Part shown: piece by piece, positions 60,885-64,000 of the stretch
Layout of the letters: each line of letters begins with the position of its first letter
Position numbering within the stretch: position 1 is the stretch's first letter
Assembly (NCBI GenBank): GCA_001600815.1
Contig: BCKZ01000013.1
Location: 397,621 to 461,620 of the forward strand
Source: Alloascoidea hylecoeti
Lineage: Eukaryota
DNA length: 64,000 nt
Direction: 5' to 3'
The notes under the pieces: generated by a model
The model's input: the letters and a program-made list of their open reading frames with translations, nothing else
Database searches by the model: none
What the model was told of the DNA's origin: nothing
Made by a program: the position numbers and the translations under genes

Positions 60885-62810
60885 ATGAATTTTATTAATA
60901 CTTTAACAGCGGTGGTCATATTACTTGCGAAAGTAGCAGATGTTAATGCAGAGTCTTGTGCCATCATGAAGTCATATTGCCCACCTACAATTGAAATTTG
61001 TTCAACCGAGGTAACGGCTGGTTCAGTTGAGCTGGTATATAATGCAAACCATGTCCTTGGATATCAAATAAAGTATCATGTTGCATTTACTCCAGACTTG
61101 TTTGGTGTGGATGAGGTTCAATCCATCACAACCGAAAATGCTGGTGAAACTACAATAATTTATAGCCTGTCTCTGGGAATTAATGAGTTTGAAGGTACGG
61201 ACAACGCTGATGATTTTAGTTTTGTATCTGAGGTCAAGAATATAGTGCCAGGTCCCGAGCCTGGAATGGTTTGTGCCGAATCTGTTACTGTTAATCAAAT
61301 ATACTGTTATAAGAAAGGTGAAATTACTGGTATTTGTTTGGCTACTTACACTGTAATCCATATATCACCACAAATTTGCTGGTCATCATCATGTAATGCG
61401 ATTACCAGCAGTTCAAGTTTGAGTTCATCTGCTAGTTTAAGTTCCAAAGTCACAGACTCAAGTTCAACCACGCCAATTTCAAGCTCAACAGTTAAATCCT
61501 CTAATTTTGTGTCAAGTTCAACTAAAATTTCCTATAGGTCAGAATCATATGCCACATCAGTTTTAAGCACTAATAGTAGCATCACACCTAATAGATCATC
61601 CAGTACAGCTATAAGCAGTTCAATTTTAACCACACCTTCAGAAAGTAACAGTTATTATCAATCAAGTGGTCTCAGTTCAACAATAGTTTCAAGTAAAGCT
61701 AGCAAGGCTAGTTCTACTGGTATAACAAGTTCAATTACAGGTTCCTATAGTTCATCATATGGTCTGACAGTTTCAAGTTCTGNNNNNNNNNNNNNNNNNN
61801 NNNNNNNNNNNNNNNNNNNNNNNNNNNNNNNNNNNNNNNNNNNNNNNNNNNNNNNNNNNNNNNNNNNNNNNNNNNNNNNNNNTTCAAGTAAAGCTAGCAA
61901 GGCTAGTTCTACTGGTATAACAAGTTCAATTACAGGTTCCTATAGTTCATCATATGGTCTGACAGTTTCAAGTTCTGTTAGTAATATCAGATCCAATAGC
62001 ATTAGATCATCAAATTCTGTATTAAGTGCTACTAGTATAAGTATGAGCAGTTCACTTGCAGCCTCAACTTCGGGAAGTAAAAGCTACGGACAATCAAGTA
62101 CCATCAGTTTGACAGCAGTTCCAAGTACAATTACGAGTTCCTATAGCTCAGGATCATATGTCACAACAGTCTCAAGCCTTGATAGTAGTTTCACATCCAA
62201 TAGCGATATAACAACAATTCCTGTATCAACCATAACTGTTATAAGAAAAATCACCTCATTTATAACTATTACTTCGGAGGGTAGAACCTATATTAAAACA
62301 GGCATAATGTCAATACCTGTTCCAAGTACAATTGGTGAGGTTGAATCTACTTCTACTGGTGTAGGAAGTTCGATTACAACTTATAGTTCAAAATCAGATG
62401 GACCAAGAGTTGCAATCCCTGATAGCAGTATCACATCCGATGGTGATAAATCATCAGATTATGCGACAACCATAACAACTGTTATGTCCATACATAATGC
62501 ACCTTCAGGATCAAGTTTGAGTAATCCAGCTAATGTCGGGCCAATGACAGGTCCAAATGGTGAATCTCCAAGAGGTGGCAGCTACAGTCCAATTGAGTCT
62601 CTTTCAAATCCATCTCCGGATAACCCAAGTATTAATACTGATTCAGCTTCAAATTCTAATGAACCAAGTTCAAGTACCAGTGGATCAAACGGTTTTGGAT
62701 TTCCTCCTAGAATAGTTCCAGTTACATTCGATTCCTCTTCCAGTGGGATTACAGTATCTTTACTTCTGACTATTGGTATTCTTATTTCTCAATACATTAT
62801 TTTTTATTAA
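60885..62810 (+). CDS. GPI-anchored Ser/Thr-rich cell-wall protein / adhesin, with a possibly Flo11-like N-terminal domain
   Basis: Signal peptide, Cys-containing globular N-terminal domain, Ser/Thr stalk spanning a 100-n gap, and a hydrophobic C-terminal GPI-type signal. Confidence 0.8.
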   Translation: MNFINTLTAVVILLAKVADVNAESCAIMKSYCPPTIEICSTEVTAGSVELVYNANHVLGYQIKYHVAFTPDLFGVDEVQSITTENAGETTIIYSLSLGINEFEGTDNADDFSFVSEVKNIVPGPEPGMVCAESVTVNQIYCYKKGEITGICLATYTVIHISPQICWSSSCNAITSSSSLSSSASLSSKVTDSSSTTPISSSTVKSSNFVSSSTKISYRSESYATSVLSTNSSITPNRSSSTAISSSILTTPSESNSYYQSSGLSSTIVSSKASKASSTGITSSITGSYSSSYGLTVSSSXXXXXXXXXXXXXXXXXXXXXXXXXXXXXXXXXXSSKASKASSTGITSSITGSYSSSYGLTVSSSVSNIRSNSIRSSNSVLSATSISMSSSLAASTSGSKSYGQSSTISLTAVPSTITSSYSSGSYVTTVSSLDSSFTSNSDITTIPVSTITVIRKITSFITITSEGRTYIKTGIMSIPVPSTIGEVESTSTGVGSSITTYSSKSDGPRVAIPDSSITSDGDKSSDYATTITTVMSIHNAPSGSSLSNPANVGPMTGPNGESPRGGSYSPIESLSNPSPDNPSINTDSASNSNEPSSSTSGSNGFGFPPRIVPVTFDSSSSGITVSLLLTIGILISQYIIFY

Positions 62811-64000
62811 AACCTAAAACTACTTGGAATTCTGATCATAAAATAATTTAAATTAATTTATTTATTAATCTTTCAATCATTTAAAGATTCTCCTTATATT
62901 ATTATATTACTATTACATTCTAAGTTCTAACTCAAAGAATATTAAAGTTGTTTTAATGATGTATATATTTCATAGGTGAATATTATAAAAAAAATTCCTT
63001 CTTTAAATTTATTTTCATCTTAAGAATACAATAAATTTAAATTATAAATATAGTAATTCTATCCCATATACTTTAAGTGATCATGTGTTGTCCCTTGGGA
63101 ATATGAATGTGTAGAAATTTTGTATGTGTTGTATGTATAAATATCATAGTTTTCCGTATATATACGTATATAAGCTTAAGAAAATACAATGTTCATCTGT
63201 TTTGAATTTGGCACCATGTTGATGATTTAGACTTTAGCAATGCGCTTGACATTAATTAATTATAGTGATCCAAGTGCAATATGTAATTACACTCACCACG
63301 AAACCTTTAATATAATTAATTCAATATTCTCAAGATATAATGATACACTTAAAGATCTGAACGATGTTAAAGTGTTTCAAATTGATCAGTTGGTGTGTCT
63401 TGTCCTGGAATATTACGTTTAGGCCTATATTTAAAGTTGTCAAATGGCTCCATATTTTATTGGAACATTACAGTTGATTAATTTTAAACATAGAGTTAAA
63501 GAACTAAAGACTAAATACTAATACAAGACTATTACAAGTATTACCAAATGGTCGGAATTTTAGAGTTACAATTAGAAAACGTCAGAATTTTAGAGTTACA
63601 ATTAGAAAATGGCTTTGAAGGTTAATTTGAAAAACTTGGTATACCCACTACATACTTTATATGTGTTATAAATTTGTTTTACTATGGTTATCTTTACCAG
63701 ATGTGTCTTTCAATAAATTTCAAGAACAGTACTAAAATAGTAAATATTAGACTTTATAAAGACTAGGTAATTTATAATATTTCCTAACCTTATTTATTGG
63801 ATATATAGTTATATAATTAAATTAGAATAGTTTTTGTTATTACATAGTTTCATATATATGGGGTGATATTTATGAAGATCTTCATTTCCCTTATATATTA
63901 GCGAGTTGCCACATTATTTAGTTTTAGAAAAACACACGTTCTTTATAATATAAACTTATTACCAACTATGCCTCCGAAGCAATTCAAGGACATCGCCACT

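Noticed and set aside
63556..63609. Direct repeat GAATTTTAGAGTTACAATTAGAAAA x2 as a CRISPR-like array
   Set aside because: Only two copies with a spacer of about 5-6 bp in a eukaryotic context; a simple tandem duplication.

Overview
AT-rich, intron-containing nuclear DNA from a budding-yeast-like fungus (Saccharomycotina-type gene set; species not determinable from the window). The core (3.9-47.7 kb) holds ordinary housekeeping genes: RPC53, SAS10, CDC123, CCT4, CRD1, an ArfGAP-UBA gene, ATG1, a SAK1/TOS3-type kinase, a single-pass membrane protein, ARO2, SRP102, VFA1, a GT34 glycosyltransferase, LAS17/WASP, an alcohol acetyltransferase, tRNA-Val(AAC), ACH1, CAF16 and an Ecl1-domain protein. 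The standout feature is a near-complete linear mitochondrial plasmid (invertron) at about 52.7-59.8 kb. It has terminal inverted repeats and convergent genes for a protein-primed family B DNA polymerase and a T7-like RNA polymerase, both read with TGA=Trp and both starting at the same ATG inside the TIR. The element is decaying (frameshifts, deletions, a nested Ty1/copia RNase H + LTR fragment). It lies between an inverted pair made of an adhesin-like GPI gene and its pseudogene. Other accessory features are a window-truncated PD-(D/E)xK nuclease-like ORF, a histone H3 fragment, a Tc1/mariner relic, two MITEs and sharp GC-rich islands. All calls come from manual reading and motif recognition; no searches were run.
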